Of a stretch of DNA of 51,676 bases, positions 27,344-37,158 are shown piece by piece. Made by a program: the position numbers and the translations under genes. The notes beneath the pieces were generated by a model. That model was not told the origin of the DNA. It searched no databases and worked only from the letters and a program-made list of their open reading frames with translations. The stretch is from Gammaproteobacteria bacterium (GTDB lineage: Bacteria > Pseudomonadota > Gammaproteobacteria > Arenicellales > JAJDZL01): contig JAJDZL010000014.1 of NCBI GenBank assembly GCA_022824665.1, positions 1 through 51,676 of the forward strand, read 5' to 3'. Every line of letters begins with the position of its first letter. The first letter of the stretch is position 1.

Positions 27344-28525
27344 TTAATTCTTGACAAACAGCTTGCGCGGGTAGTTGGCAAGCAATTCCGGTCCCGTTTC
27401 CTTAACGACAAAACTCTCAGTGATCTCAAATCCCCAATCTTCACCCCAAATTGCGGTCATGAAATGGAAGGTCATATTTTCCTTTAGCACACTGCGGTCG
27501 CCGAGACGCAGACTGATCGTGCGCTCACCCCAATCGGGTGGATAGCTGAGCCCGATCGGATATCCGGAACGGCCATCCTTGGATATGCCGTACTTGCTGA
27601 GTGCCTTGTTGAAGGCAATGATAATATCTTCGGCAACGTTGCCGGTACGGGCAGCCTCCAGACCTGCAGCCATGCCTTCCTTGACAGCTTTTTCGGTGTC
27701 GAGAAACTTCTTGGGTGGCTCACCTAAGTAAATCGTACGACACAGGGGGCAGTGATAACGTCGATGACAGCCGGCAATTTCAAAAAATGTACCTTCATCG
27801 CGTTGCAGCGGTCGGTCGTTCCAGGTCAGGTGCGCGGCCGATGCATCAGCACCTGACGGGACCATGGGCACAATCGCCGGGTAATCGCCGCCGTGGCCAT
27901 CTGCGCCTGTTATCGCGCTGTGGTAGATCTGCGCAACGAGATCGTTCTTTCGCATACCGGGTTCGATAATCTCAAAGATTTTTTTGTGCATTTCCTCCAC
28001 AATTCGTCCGGCGCGTTTCATATAGACCAATTCGCGCTCCGATTTAACCGTTCGCTGCCAGTTAACCAGTGTGTTTGCGTCGACAAATGTTGCATTCGGC
28101 AATCCTTTTTTTAAAGCAGCCAAGGTTGCTGCCGAAAAATAGTAATTGTCCATCTCAACGCCCACTCGCATGCTTCCCCAGCCGCGCTCGGCAACGATCT
28201 TGGCCAGCAAATCCATGGCATGACGTTTTGGCGTCATAACGTAGTCGTCCGGATAAGAGAGCACACATGAATCCGGCATGTATACAGTGCGTACCGCGCC
28301 CCTGGCATCCATCTCCCGTCCGTACCACACAGGGCTCTCCGAGTGCGTGATCAGTACACACTGCGGGGTATAAAACGACCAGCCATCATAACCGGTCAGC
28401 CACGCCATATTTGAAGGGTCGACCGTGATGAGCAGCTCAACACCCGCAGCTTCCATTGCGGCGCGGGTTTTTCTTAATCGTTCAGCGTATTCAGCAACTG
28501 TGAAGTCAGGGTGAGGATTTGGCAT
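27344..28525 (-). CDS. M24 family metallopeptidase (creatinase / Xaa-Pro peptidase / ectoine-hydrolase-like)
   Basis: 393-aa ORF with a creatinase-like N-domain plus a pita-bread C-domain, recognised by resemblance only. Confidence 0.7.
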   Translation of the reverse strand: MPNPHPDFTVAEYAERLRKTRAAMEAAGVELLITVDPSNMAWLTGYDGWSFYTPQCVLITHSESPVWYGREMDARGAVRTVYMPDSCVLSYPDDYVMTPKRHAMDLLAKIVAERGWGSMRVGVEMDNYYFSAATLAALKKGLPNATFVDANTLVNWQRTVKSERELVYMKRAGRIVEEMHKKIFEIIEPGMRKNDLVAQIYHSAITGADGHGGDYPAIVPMVPSGADASAAHLTWNDRPLQRDEGTFFEIAGCHRRYHCPLCRTIYLGEPPKKFLDTEKAVKEGMAAGLEAARTGNVAEDIIIAFNKALSKYGISKDGRSGYPIGLSYPPDWGERTISLRLGDRSVLKENMTFHFMTAIWGEDWGFEITESFVVKETGPELLANYPRKLFVKN

Positions 28526-28635
28526 ATTGGATTCCTTGAGTTAGTCGGTGTCGTGATGCAAAACGGATGCAGATGTGCTGTCTTTATGCGGGTTTGATTG
28601 AGTGGCTGACGGCTAAAGAAGCTGCTGAAAGATGC

Positions 28636-29847
28636 TTACTGAGTGGCTCTAAGTCTCATCAGCCCTTCGAAGTCACCGCCGTCGCTGGTAATATAGAGCC
28701 AGCCGTCAGGCCCGACTGCAACACCTGCGGGACGCGCCCACCGCTTGCCATCTTCAAACTGAAAACCGGTCACAATGGGTACAACGTCAATTGCGTTGCC
28801 GTCTTCGAATCGAACCAGCACCACGGCTGGCGCTCTGCGGCTCGCGCGGGAACCGGTAAATCCGCCATCAGGCTGTGTTGCCCAGGACCCATGCAGTGCA
28901 ACGGCTGCACTTAGCTCAAAGCGTTCATCCAGCGCGCCTTTTGGAATGAAAGTCATACCAAGCGGTGCATTGCGCGCGGGAAATGTAGCGACCGGGATTT
29001 CCACCTGTTCTTTCGGAAACGGCGGGTTCGAGTCGATGCAGTCATCGCGGACAATGCGCGTGCCATCGTACTGAAACCACGGCATGCCGTGAAAAGAGTC
29101 CGGTGCGACTTTGGCGAAATACTCCGGCGGCGATTCAAATCCGAGGTGGTCGGGGCCGTTATTTGTCGCATACATCACCTGCGAGGTGGGGTGCCAGTCA
29201 AAATCTACCGGATTTCTCAAGCCTGATGCAAAGGGCACAAGAATGGCCGGACTGACTGATTCGTCAACTTTGAAAATGCCACCCCGTCTGTGTCGAAAGG
29301 GATAAGTGTCTGAAATCAGCTGGTCGGTGCAGTTGCCGGAGATGCCAAGGCTGACATAAAGTGCTTGATCAGGCCCCAGCCGGACTGTGCGCGAGGAGTG
29401 TCCGAAACCGCCAGGCAGGGCAGTGACATACCGGAGCTTTGCCGGATCGCCGCGCGTTGCAGACGAATCATACGGCAGGCGGTAAAGATTGGAGATGGTT
29501 GCGACGAACAGCTCCTCGCCGCGAACCGCGACACTGTGGGGGTAAGTCTCCAGCCACATAAACTGATCCGCGGTGCTATAGGGTGGCGTCAATCGATAGA
29601 CCCGTTTCCCCGACCCGATGAACATATTGCCATCGGGTGCAAATTCGATCAACCTTGGGTGGTCCAACTCCGCACTCAGTATTTCAAGCTGGTAGCCATC
29701 CGGTACTTTGATTTCTACGCGCCCGATGCGCGGATGCTCCAACAGCTGTTCGCGAAGCGTTATTTCGGCTGCTTGTGCCGCAACATTGAACTGACTGGCG
29801 AGCAGCACCAGCACACCTAGCCCAGCAGCATTCAGGAAACGGATCAT
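28636..29847 (-). CDS. PQQ-dependent sugar/sorbosone dehydrogenase-like beta-propeller protein, secreted
   Basis: Signal peptide MIRFLNAAGLGVLVLLASQFNVAAQA and repeated propeller-like segments (PDGWLYITSDGG). The ATG at 29847 forms an ATGA overlap with the upstream stop. Confidence 0.6.
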   Translation of the reverse strand: MIRFLNAAGLGVLVLLASQFNVAAQAAEITLREQLLEHPRIGRVEIKVPDGYQLEILSAELDHPRLIEFAPDGNMFIGSGKRVYRLTPPYSTADQFMWLETYPHSVAVRGEELFVATISNLYRLPYDSSATRGDPAKLRYVTALPGGFGHSSRTVRLGPDQALYVSLGISGNCTDQLISDTYPFRHRRGGIFKVDESVSPAILVPFASGLRNPVDFDWHPTSQVMYATNNGPDHLGFESPPEYFAKVAPDSFHGMPWFQYDGTRIVRDDCIDSNPPFPKEQVEIPVATFPARNAPLGMTFIPKGALDERFELSAAVALHGSWATQPDGGFTGSRASRRAPAVVLVRFEDGNAIDVVPIVTGFQFEDGKRWARPAGVAVGPDGWLYITSDGGDFEGLMRLRATQ

Positions 29848-30578
29848 GTCAGCAGTATGTCCTTGGCGCGATTGATTCTGGCTGCCAGCCACGTGGAGCC
29901 ACCGCGGTCAGGGTGATTTCTCTGCATCAAAGTGCGGTGGGCTTCAATGATGTCCTTTTCGGTAGCTGATTCATCCAGCCCTAAAATCTGCAGTGCTTCA
30001 TCACGGGTCATCTCGTCGGGATCAGCACCGGGGGCATCATGCCCGGCGTGTTGACGAACGTACTCCTCCCAATCATCGGTTCGCATGCGGTCGAGATAGG
30101 TTTCGAGAATCGATGCTGACTGCGGGTCTTTTTGGCGGTAAACCTGCAACAGCTGAGCGAGCTGATTGATGTCGAGATCAGCCAGCGATTGCCCCTTGAA
30201 ATCACCGGCAAGCACGGTGCCCTCGATTGTTCCACTGTCGTGGTCCAGGATCATCTTCAGGAACTTTGTTTTTACATCGGAAGTCTGTCCTGGTTTGGAC
30301 CCGGGTACCGGACCGCCCTGCCAGGACTTAAACATGCTATAGGCACTTCGCAGCATGATAATGCGTTGAATCCACGGAACCGCCGCGGCTGCCAAAGCAA
30401 ATATTGCCGGCAGTTTACCGGTCAGAATCAGCGCCAGCAAGATTCCAGCCCCACCGTAGAGGAGTGCAATTTTGAAATATTTCTGACGGTTCAGGCGATT
30501 GGCCTTGTTGCCAATCTTGCTGACGATCCACATCAGTCCGATCACAAATGCGAGAATCAGAAAAAAGCGCACGAACAT
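29844..30578 (-). CDS. Membrane-anchored J-domain (DnaJ-like) protein
   Basis: 244-aa ORF with two N-terminal TM segments and a C-terminal J domain carrying the HPD motif (MQRNHPDRGG). Confidence 0.8.
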   Translation of the reverse strand: MFVRFFLILAFVIGLMWIVSKIGNKANRLNRQKYFKIALLYGGAGILLALILTGKLPAIFALAAAAVPWIQRIIMLRSAYSMFKSWQGGPVPGSKPGQTSDVKTKFLKMILDHDSGTIEGTVLAGDFKGQSLADLDINQLAQLLQVYRQKDPQSASILETYLDRMRTDDWEEYVRQHAGHDAPGADPDEMTRDEALQILGLDESATEKDIIEAHRTLMQRNHPDRGGSTWLAARINRAKDILLT

Positions 30579-30581
30579 TGC

Positions 30582-31295
30582 TTATTTGCCGGTGATCTGA
30601 TGGGTCAGCTGGGCGACAACGCCGCGCCGTTTACTGCTGAAATTTTCCAGCGCCCTGCGGCCACCGGACGCATATACTGCCACCGCGGCAAGTAAATCCT
30701 TAAGCTGCTGAGCGCTTGAGGCATCGAAGCGACAGTATGCACCTTTACTCAGCCGGGCGATGCCGCGAAAGCCTTTTTCGGCCGCGGGGTCATAGCCTTC
30801 GTGAAACATGAATGCAGGAACGCCGCTTATTCCCAGATGACCGGCTTTGTCAAACAGCTGATCGACCGATTCTTCCATCGCGTCGCCGACAAACACCATT
30901 GCATTGACATGCTGTTTTTCGTTCTCGCGCAAGGTATGATCGAGTAATCGTCCGACCTGCGTCAGCCCTCCAGAGCACTTGACACTGCTCATCAGCCGCT
31001 GCAGTGCAGTTGCTGAGCTCACCCACTTGCCGACGTAAAATTCACGAAATCCGCGGTAAAAACAAAGCTGCACATCAAGTCCACCGCTGACCGAGGCTGC
31101 ATTGAACATCTCTGACTGAATATGACAGGCCTGGTCCCACATCGGTTCGCGGCTGGCCGTGGCGTCCATGGCGAAAATAAGCCTGCCGCGGCTGGAACTT
31201 GCAACCGGACGCGGTGCGAGTTCTACTTTCTTGAGGAACTCGGCGACTTCGGAATTCGAAGAAGTTGTCAGCTGGTTTTTTTTCGATGCTGCCAT
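30582..31295 (-). CDS. von Willebrand factor A (VWA) domain protein
   Basis: 237-aa ORF with a MIDAS-like DATAS motif (LIFAMDATASRE). A 3-nt gap separates it from the J-domain gene. Confidence 0.7.
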   Translation of the reverse strand: MAASKKNQLTTSSNSEVAEFLKKVELAPRPVASSSRGRLIFAMDATASREPMWDQACHIQSEMFNAASVSGGLDVQLCFYRGFREFYVGKWVSSATALQRLMSSVKCSGGLTQVGRLLDHTLRENEKQHVNAMVFVGDAMEESVDQLFDKAGHLGISGVPAFMFHEGYDPAAEKGFRGIARLSKGAYCRFDASSAQQLKDLLAAVAVYASGGRRALENFSSKRRGVVAQLTHQITGK

Positions 31296-31331
31296 ATCGC
31301 ACCACTTTACACTTCAATCCGCATTACGGAT

Positions 31332-33989
31332 TCAGGTGGTGTGAAGATTTCTCGATGCAAGAATGCGATCGACGATTTCAAATGCATTGACAGAAATATT
31401 CTTGTTGGCGGCAATTTCCTCGAGTCTCTTATACATTGAATTTTGCCGGTCTTTGTCGTAGCGATGAATTTCCGAGAATGCTTCTGCCAGCTGCGCGGCC
31501 CCTTGTGGATTGTACTTGTCGATTCTGAGTACATTGTTTTTCAGAAACTCATAGCCGCTGCCGTCTGCTGCATGAAAGCAGTAGGGATTGGCGTGGCAGA
31601 ATGCTCCAATCAGAGAATATACTCGGTTTGGCGTATGGAAGCTGAACGACTGGTGTGACAACAGCCTGACAACGTTCTTCAGGGTGTCATCTCTCGGAAC
31701 AGTTGACTGAATGCGAAACCACTTGTCGATGACCCCGGATTCACTTTTCCACCGGTCATAGAATTGGTCCAGCGCACGCTTTTGCGACGGGCTGTCTGAG
31801 CTCACCAGGGCGGTCAGCGCGGCAGTCAGGTCAGTCATATTGATGCTGTGGCGGAACTGATCTTCTGCAAGTTGATGGACGGCTTCGGAATCGAGTTCAA
31901 TCAGCAGATTCAGGCACAAATTGCGCAAACTTCTTTGTCCGATTGCCGTGGCGCTCAGGTCCGGCGGTGGATTGAGTTCCTGATACAGGCTGATGAGCTG
32001 ATCAAAATATCGTTCGGCGATCATTCGAACCAAACATTTCCGGGCCCGATGAATCGCGACCGGGTCAATCACATCCATCGCCTGGGCGATGGCAATCTCA
32101 GACGGCGGCTCGAGGAGCAGAACGCTGAATTGTGGATCCTCCAGCGCGCAATCAAGAACCGAGTTGTAAGCGGCAAAAAACGCATCACTCACTTGCGGGT
32201 GCTGATTGTTTTGAATACTTACGACCAGTTCCAGCAGCTCGGTTTTCGAAATTCGCTGCCAGGCATCCCATCGACAAAAAGCGTCATCGTCATGAGACAG
32301 GATAAAGTGAAGTTCGTACTCAGAATTGGAATCTTCAATCAGAACGGGCGCGCTGAAGCCTCTAAGCAGCGAAGGAATCGGTTGACGGTCGATGTCGCTA
32401 AAGTTGAATGTCTGCTTGAGTTCTTTGAGTTCCAGCAGGAATTCATCGGCTTTTGCCCCTTGGCCATTATCCAAGGATGTCGTAATTCGCTCACCGTCTG
32501 CATCAAGCAGTGCGAACTGGATGGGTATATGCATGGGTTTTTTCGCCTTCCCGGTGGCCGCATCCGGCGGTGTCTGCTCAAGTGTTAGCTGAAATATCCG
32601 CGTGTCAGGGTCGTAGCTTCGTGTGACCTTAATTATTGGCGTGCCTGCTACGTGATACCAGCGGCGAAACTGTTGCAGGTCGCGCCCGCTTGCCTGTTCC
32701 ATAGACCGGATGAATTCCTCGACCGTTACTGCACAGCCATCGTATTGCTCAAAGTAAAGATCTGTTGCTGCGCGGTAGTGCTGTGCACCGAGCAGCAGAT
32801 AGAGCATGCGGATGAGTTCGGCGCCCTTGTTGTAGACCGTGATGTTATAAAAGTTGTCGATAGTGAGATAAGAGTCTGGCTGTACAGCATGTCGTTTAGG
32901 ACTTGCGTCCTCTCTGAACTGGTGGACCTTGATGAGGTTAACGTCATGAATTCGCTGCACCGCGGCTGACCCCATGTCGGCACTGAACTGCTGATCGCGA
33001 AAGATGGTAAATCCTTCCTTGAGACTGAGTTGAAACCAGTCTCGCAGGGTTACCCGGTTGCCTGACCAGTTGTGAAAGTACTCATGTGCAATGACGCTTT
33101 CTATTAGATGGAAGTCCCGGTCGGTTGCAGTCTCGGGCTTGGCAAAAACGTACTTGGAATTGAAGATGTTCAGACCCTTGTTCTCCATCGCGCCCATGTT
33201 GAAGTGTTCGACTGCGACAATCATGTAGCGATTCAGGTCGTATTCGCATCCGTATACCTCCTCGTCCCATTGCATAGCCCGTTTCAGACAGGACATGGCG
33301 TGACCGCATTTGTCAAGATGTTTTTCGGTCGCGTAAAACTCCAGCTTGACAACTTGATTCGACCGGGTCGTAAATTCATCCTCCAAAACCGCCAGATTGC
33401 CTGCAACCAGGGCAAACAGATAACATGGCTTCGGGTGCGGATCATGCCAGGTGACAAAGTGCCGTCCGCCGGCAAGATCCCCTTTATCAATCAGCTCTCC
33501 GTTCGACAGCAGAACCGGAAAGTCTTGTTTTTTTGCTTCAATCGTGACCGAATAATGGCTCAGAATATCGGGCCGGTCAGGGAAGTAGGTGATACTCCGG
33601 AAGCCTTCTGCCTCACACTGAGTGCATAGTATGTCTCCCGACTTGTACATGCCCGACAGTGCAAGGTTGCTGGACGGGTCAATGGTGTTTGAGATGTCAA
33701 GTACAAACTCATCCGGAGGATCCAAAATGCCAATACCGTGGTCGCCAACGATCAATTCGTCCTTTTTTGGTTCTGAACCGTTGAGTGCAATCGAGCCAAG
33801 TTCAAGATTGGAGCCATTCAGGAAAAAGGGATCGTAGGTCGTTGCGTGTGGATTTTTTTTAACCGTCAGCTTCGAGTGGACGCGGGTGGCACTTTCGTGC
33901 AGGTGAAAAACCAGGGCAACGTCCGGAACTGAATACGGCGGCGGTCGATAGTTCGCGAGATACGTAGATATCGCCCGTTTTTGTGACAT
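31332..33989 (-). CDS. pepN: Aminopeptidase N
   Basis: 885-aa ORF with GAMEN and HEYFHNWSGNRVT...LKEG zinc motifs. Confidence 0.92.
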   Translation of the reverse strand: MSQKRAISTYLANYRPPPYSVPDVALVFHLHESATRVHSKLTVKKNPHATTYDPFFLNGSNLELGSIALNGSEPKKDELIVGDHGIGILDPPDEFVLDISNTIDPSSNLALSGMYKSGDILCTQCEAEGFRSITYFPDRPDILSHYSVTIEAKKQDFPVLLSNGELIDKGDLAGGRHFVTWHDPHPKPCYLFALVAGNLAVLEDEFTTRSNQVVKLEFYATEKHLDKCGHAMSCLKRAMQWDEEVYGCEYDLNRYMIVAVEHFNMGAMENKGLNIFNSKYVFAKPETATDRDFHLIESVIAHEYFHNWSGNRVTLRDWFQLSLKEGFTIFRDQQFSADMGSAAVQRIHDVNLIKVHQFREDASPKRHAVQPDSYLTIDNFYNITVYNKGAELIRMLYLLLGAQHYRAATDLYFEQYDGCAVTVEEFIRSMEQASGRDLQQFRRWYHVAGTPIIKVTRSYDPDTRIFQLTLEQTPPDAATGKAKKPMHIPIQFALLDADGERITTSLDNGQGAKADEFLLELKELKQTFNFSDIDRQPIPSLLRGFSAPVLIEDSNSEYELHFILSHDDDAFCRWDAWQRISKTELLELVVSIQNNQHPQVSDAFFAAYNSVLDCALEDPQFSVLLLEPPSEIAIAQAMDVIDPVAIHRARKCLVRMIAERYFDQLISLYQELNPPPDLSATAIGQRSLRNLCLNLLIELDSEAVHQLAEDQFRHSINMTDLTAALTALVSSDSPSQKRALDQFYDRWKSESGVIDKWFRIQSTVPRDDTLKNVVRLLSHQSFSFHTPNRVYSLIGAFCHANPYCFHAADGSGYEFLKNNVLRIDKYNPQGAAQLAEAFSEIHRYDKDRQNSMYKRLEEIAANKNISVNAFEIVDRILASRNLHTT

Positions 33990-34034
33990 CAGGGAGACAG
34001 CTGTCAGCGGTTTAGCAATGGAATCCGGATCGGA

Positions 34035-34730
34035 TTACCAGGTGTCAATCCAACGGTCGACAAAGTTTTGGCACCAATTGCCCATATCAGTCCCATAGCG
34101 TGATTCGTCTGTCAGTTGCTGGTCAGCACCATGTGCACCATTGACGCTCAGCATATGGCCTGCACTCGACATCCAGTCCTGCATGATTGTGCGGGTAACT
34201 TCGGGGTGAAACTGAAATCCGTAGGTGTTATTGCCGTATCGATAGGCCTGATTTGGAAATTGTTCGCCTTCAGCGAGCAATTCACAGCCTTCCGGTAGCG
34301 TGAAGCCTTCGCCATGCCACTGGTAAAAATGGGCAGGGGCAGGCAAAAATTCATCTGCAGCAGCGGTTGGTGTGATTTTATGAAATCCGATTTCCATAAT
34401 GCCGTCCGGATGTTTGCCAACGGTCGCGCCCAGCGATTTAGCAACGAGCTGAGCGCCAAGACAAAGGCCAAGTGTTGGTCGACCGTCGTCAAGCCACTTT
34501 GAAATCCACTCGAGTTCATCTGCGATATAGGGCTTTTCGGGGCCGTCATTGGCACTTTGAATACCTCCGTAAATCAAAAGTGCGTCATATTCGTCGGGAT
34601 TGTCAGGCATTGGAATGCCGCGTGCCGGGTTGACGTTTTCCCGTTCAATTCCCCGGTCTCGCAACCGCATCGCGACATAATCGTTGCGTATGTCGTCCAT
34701 GTGTCTGACACAAATGATTTTCTTTGGCAT
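34035..34730 (-). CDS. Class I (type 1) glutamine amidotransferase
   Basis: 231-aa ORF with nucleophile elbow GLCLGAQL and FQFHPE His/Glu motif. Confidence 0.8.
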   Translation of the reverse strand: MPKKIICVRHMDDIRNDYVAMRLRDRGIERENVNPARGIPMPDNPDEYDALLIYGGIQSANDGPEKPYIADELEWISKWLDDGRPTLGLCLGAQLVAKSLGATVGKHPDGIMEIGFHKITPTAAADEFLPAPAHFYQWHGEGFTLPEGCELLAEGEQFPNQAYRYGNNTYGFQFHPEVTRTIMQDWMSSAGHMLSVNGAHGADQQLTDESRYGTDMGNWCQNFVDRWIDTW

Positions 34731-34798
34731 ACTTTGTTGTCTGAGATGTTTCGTAGTAGGGCAATTATTGCTTGAGCTTATTTGATATGCAGCAATGA

Positions 34799-34993
34799 TT
34801 ACACGATCATGATCAGCAATATGACGAACAGAATAACAGCACCTATGGGTAACAGAAACCCTGGCCAGTCCTTTTCAGCACTGCGGCTTCTGCGTGCCGC
34901 TTGCCGCAAACCTGGTACTGCAAAAAAGAGCAAGGCGATGACAATCGCGCCAAGCACGACCATTTCCCATGTCTGCAGTGCTTCACCCATCAA
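34799..34993 (-). CDS. Small two-TM membrane protein (hypothetical)
   Basis: 64-aa ORF with two hydrophobic segments separated by a basic loop (RQAARRSRSAEKD). There is no further evidence. Confidence 0.35.
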   Translation of the reverse strand: MMGEALQTWEMVVLGAIVIALLFFAVPGLRQAARRSRSAEKDWPGFLLPIGAVILFVILLIMIV

Positions 34994-35476
34994 ATTGTGC
35001 TCATCTAATTCGTATTGAGTCGATTATTTTAACTTGCTTGCGGAAGCCAGAAATTTCAAATTTCAAGGTGCCAGACCAAGTCTTCAGACTCTATGCTCGA
35101 AATCGGTGCACGTAACCGGGTGAACCGCTTACACAAAAGTCCGAGCCGCCTTCGATACGCTTGAAATTTATCGCGCTATGTGTCAATATATGTATTAGAT
35201 GTGCTGATGAAAGGCCGAGATGACACCATGCGACAAGTGGGCATGCCCACAGATCACCAAAATGGCCAGTTCTGTTCTCTCAGCGTCATCATTGGAGGCG
35301 AATTAAGCGACCTCCCACAATAGAGGCGGAATGATCAGCACATCGTGTATTTGCCGTTGGAACACGGGCTTGCCATTGCGGTGTGGAGTTTGCGTGCTTA
35401 GCCGGGAGTCAGGGGGTTGTCGAGCGAAGGGAGTCTTTTGTTGGACAAAGGTTCAGCAGATGCCCATATCAGCACT

Positions 35477-35974
35477 TCAAATTAGCTCACGCGGCACAAC
35501 GAAGTCAATGACTTCAGCCATTCCAGGCTGCAAATCAGTCCACTTGTCCACCGCGATATCGCAAACCAGTGTTGCTGCGGTTGGATACCGACTAAATTCG
35601 AAATGAAGCGGTTGGCTTTGCACGACTTCTTCGGCAAAATATCCAATTCCCGGATTGTGTCCCAGTATCAGTACCGGCGAGTCGTGCACCGTAGACAGTG
35701 TGTTAAAAATTTCTTGTGTGCTGCCGTGGTACAAATCTGGCTCCAGTCGGACATCGCAGCCATCGGGCATGAATCGCTCGATTCTTTGCCAGGTCTCACA
35801 GGTTCGCCTGGATGTAGAGCAAAGAACAATTTTTGGAATATACCCGTGCTCAGCAAGCCATTTGCCGATTGCACTGCCTGACTTTCGCCCCCGTTTTGAA
35901 AGTGGGCGGTCGTGATCTCTTAAATAGGGATCGTCCCAGCTCGATTTTGCGTGTCGTGTGACAATAAGCCGCAT
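35477..35974 (-). CDS. Histidine phosphatase family protein (SixA-like)
   Basis: 165-aa ORF with the RHAKS (RHG-type) motif at the N-terminus and a LGHNPG motif. Confidence 0.8.
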   Translation of the reverse strand: MRLIVTRHAKSSWDDPYLRDHDRPLSKRGRKSGSAIGKWLAEHGYIPKIVLCSTSRRTCETWQRIERFMPDGCDVRLEPDLYHGSTQEIFNTLSTVHDSPVLILGHNPGIGYFAEEVVQSQPLHFEFSRYPTAATLVCDIAVDKWTDLQPGMAEVIDFVVPRELI

Positions 35975-36193
35975 TTTTCACTCCTTCGAAGGTACTCGAT
36001 AACGCAGCCATTTTCTGGCAATCTGTCTGGCCGGCATCTCAATTTTGCAACGTCAATGTTTAGCAACTGCCGAAGCAGGAGTGGCGGTTTATGAAGAAAA
36101 GATCGTATTAGATGTGACTTCACTGACGATAATTTCCTGCGTTATTCATTCTTCTATTTTTAATTGCGATGGACCGGTCTCGTTACCATACCT

Positions 36194-36529
36194 TTACCGA
36201 CGCAATGGTGGCCTTTCAGTATCACCAAGTCCTTCAAGCACTACAGTCCCATGGCCAGGAAACTCAACTGTCAAGCTCAACTTACCACCCATAGCCTCAA
36301 CATAACTGCGCAAGGTAGACAGTAGCAGGTCGCTTCGTTTTTCCATGTTCGAAACCGTAGCTTGCCGTATATTGAGAACGTCAGCCAACTGCGCTTGAGT
36401 AAGTTTCTTGGCTTTACGTAGCTTTTGAAGTGTCAGGTATTCGGTTTCCAGTCGATTGGCTTCAGCAATAATTCGATTGCGTCGATCCTCGGGAAATTCA
36501 TTCATTAATTCATCAAAAGGGATGCTCAT
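36194..36529 (-). CDS. higA: XRE-family HTH antitoxin (HigA-like)
   Basis: 111-aa ORF with HTH LTQAQLADVLNIRQATVSNME. Its start overlaps the toxin stop (TAATG), and AGGAGG lies upstream. Confidence 0.8.
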   Translation of the reverse strand: MSIPFDELMNEFPEDRRNRIIAEANRLETEYLTLQKLRKAKKLTQAQLADVLNIRQATVSNMEKRSDLLLSTLRSYVEAMGGKLSLTVEFPGHGTVVLEGLGDTERPPLRR

Positions 36530-36885
36530 TATTTCCTCCTTTGCTGCGACATTAAGTGGTGTTCAAATCGTTCGTCAGCTTTAGCAATTAGCCGCTTGTA
36601 AAATCGCTTCTGATTGACTCCGACCTTATTTCCTGCAACTAGTAATATTGCTTTGCGGTCGGCATCGAATGCAAACGCGACTCGCCATTCACCATTGCTG
36701 ACTGAGCACCTCAATTCTTTCATTTTGGCGAATTTAGATCCACTCAAAGTGTCTGCGTACGGACGTCCCAGATTTGGTCCAAACTTCTCCAACAGTAAAA
36801 CTCTGACAGCAATAGCGTCTTGCGCCGCTATTTCAATTTCTCCAAATTCTGCTTTGAATTCGTCATGAATCTCAACTTTCCACAT
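36529..36885 (-). CDS. higB: RelE/ParE-superfamily toxin (HigB / Gp49-like)
   Basis: 118-aa ORF. The toxin-first gene order and the KELRCSVSNGEWRVAFAFD..AILLVAGNK segment are typical of the Gp49-like family. Confidence 0.75.
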   Translation of the reverse strand: MWKVEIHDEFKAEFGEIEIAAQDAIAVRVLLLEKFGPNLGRPYADTLSGSKFAKMKELRCSVSNGEWRVAFAFDADRKAILLVAGNKVGVNQKRFYKRLIAKADERFEHHLMSQQRRK

Positions 36886-37127
36886 TATGTGTGATTATAG
36901 TGTTGCATCTATATTTCGATTTCCTAATTTCAGATGTTAAACCGTTTGCGCCCAAAAGGCATCTATCCAAACCGTATCAGCAATCTCCCCTCAAATTGCG
37001 TTCTCCATTCTGAACAATTTCGGAAATTTGAGACTCGAATGTAACTTGAACCACCATACACCAAGCTAGTGAATCCTTTGTATATTAGATGGCTCAGAAC
37101 TTCAGTTTAGTCAAGTATATAACCCCC

Positions 37128-37158
37128 AAAAAAAAGGCGGATTATGAATAACCCGCCT
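37128..37158 (-). terminator. Rho-independent terminator after dnaE2
   Basis: The minus strand reads AGGCGGGTTATTCATAATCCGCCT followed by T8 (A8 at 37128-37135 on the plus strand). Confidence 0.7.

Noticed and set aside
31848-32588. A 246-aa plus-strand ORF inside pepN. Similar long antisense or out-of-frame ORFs occur at 5483-6121, 3705-4235, 17549-18034, 10469-10957, 29365-29820 and 30132-30695.
   Set aside because: All lie wholly within well-supported genes on the opposite strand or in another frame. Their translations are low-complexity or Arg/Cys/Ser-rich with no recognisable motifs, which is typical of shadow ORFs.
35192-37092. GTATTAGATGTG occurs at 35192 and 36105, and TATTAGATG occurs again at 37084. 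These copies appear to bracket sixA and higBA like insertion-site duplications.
   Set aside because: The expected number of chance 9-mer matches between the two AT-rich flanks is about 0.3. ATTAGATGG also occurs near 5011 in an unrelated spacer. Exact 12-mers are expected to recur many times by chance in a 51-kb window. This is not significant.
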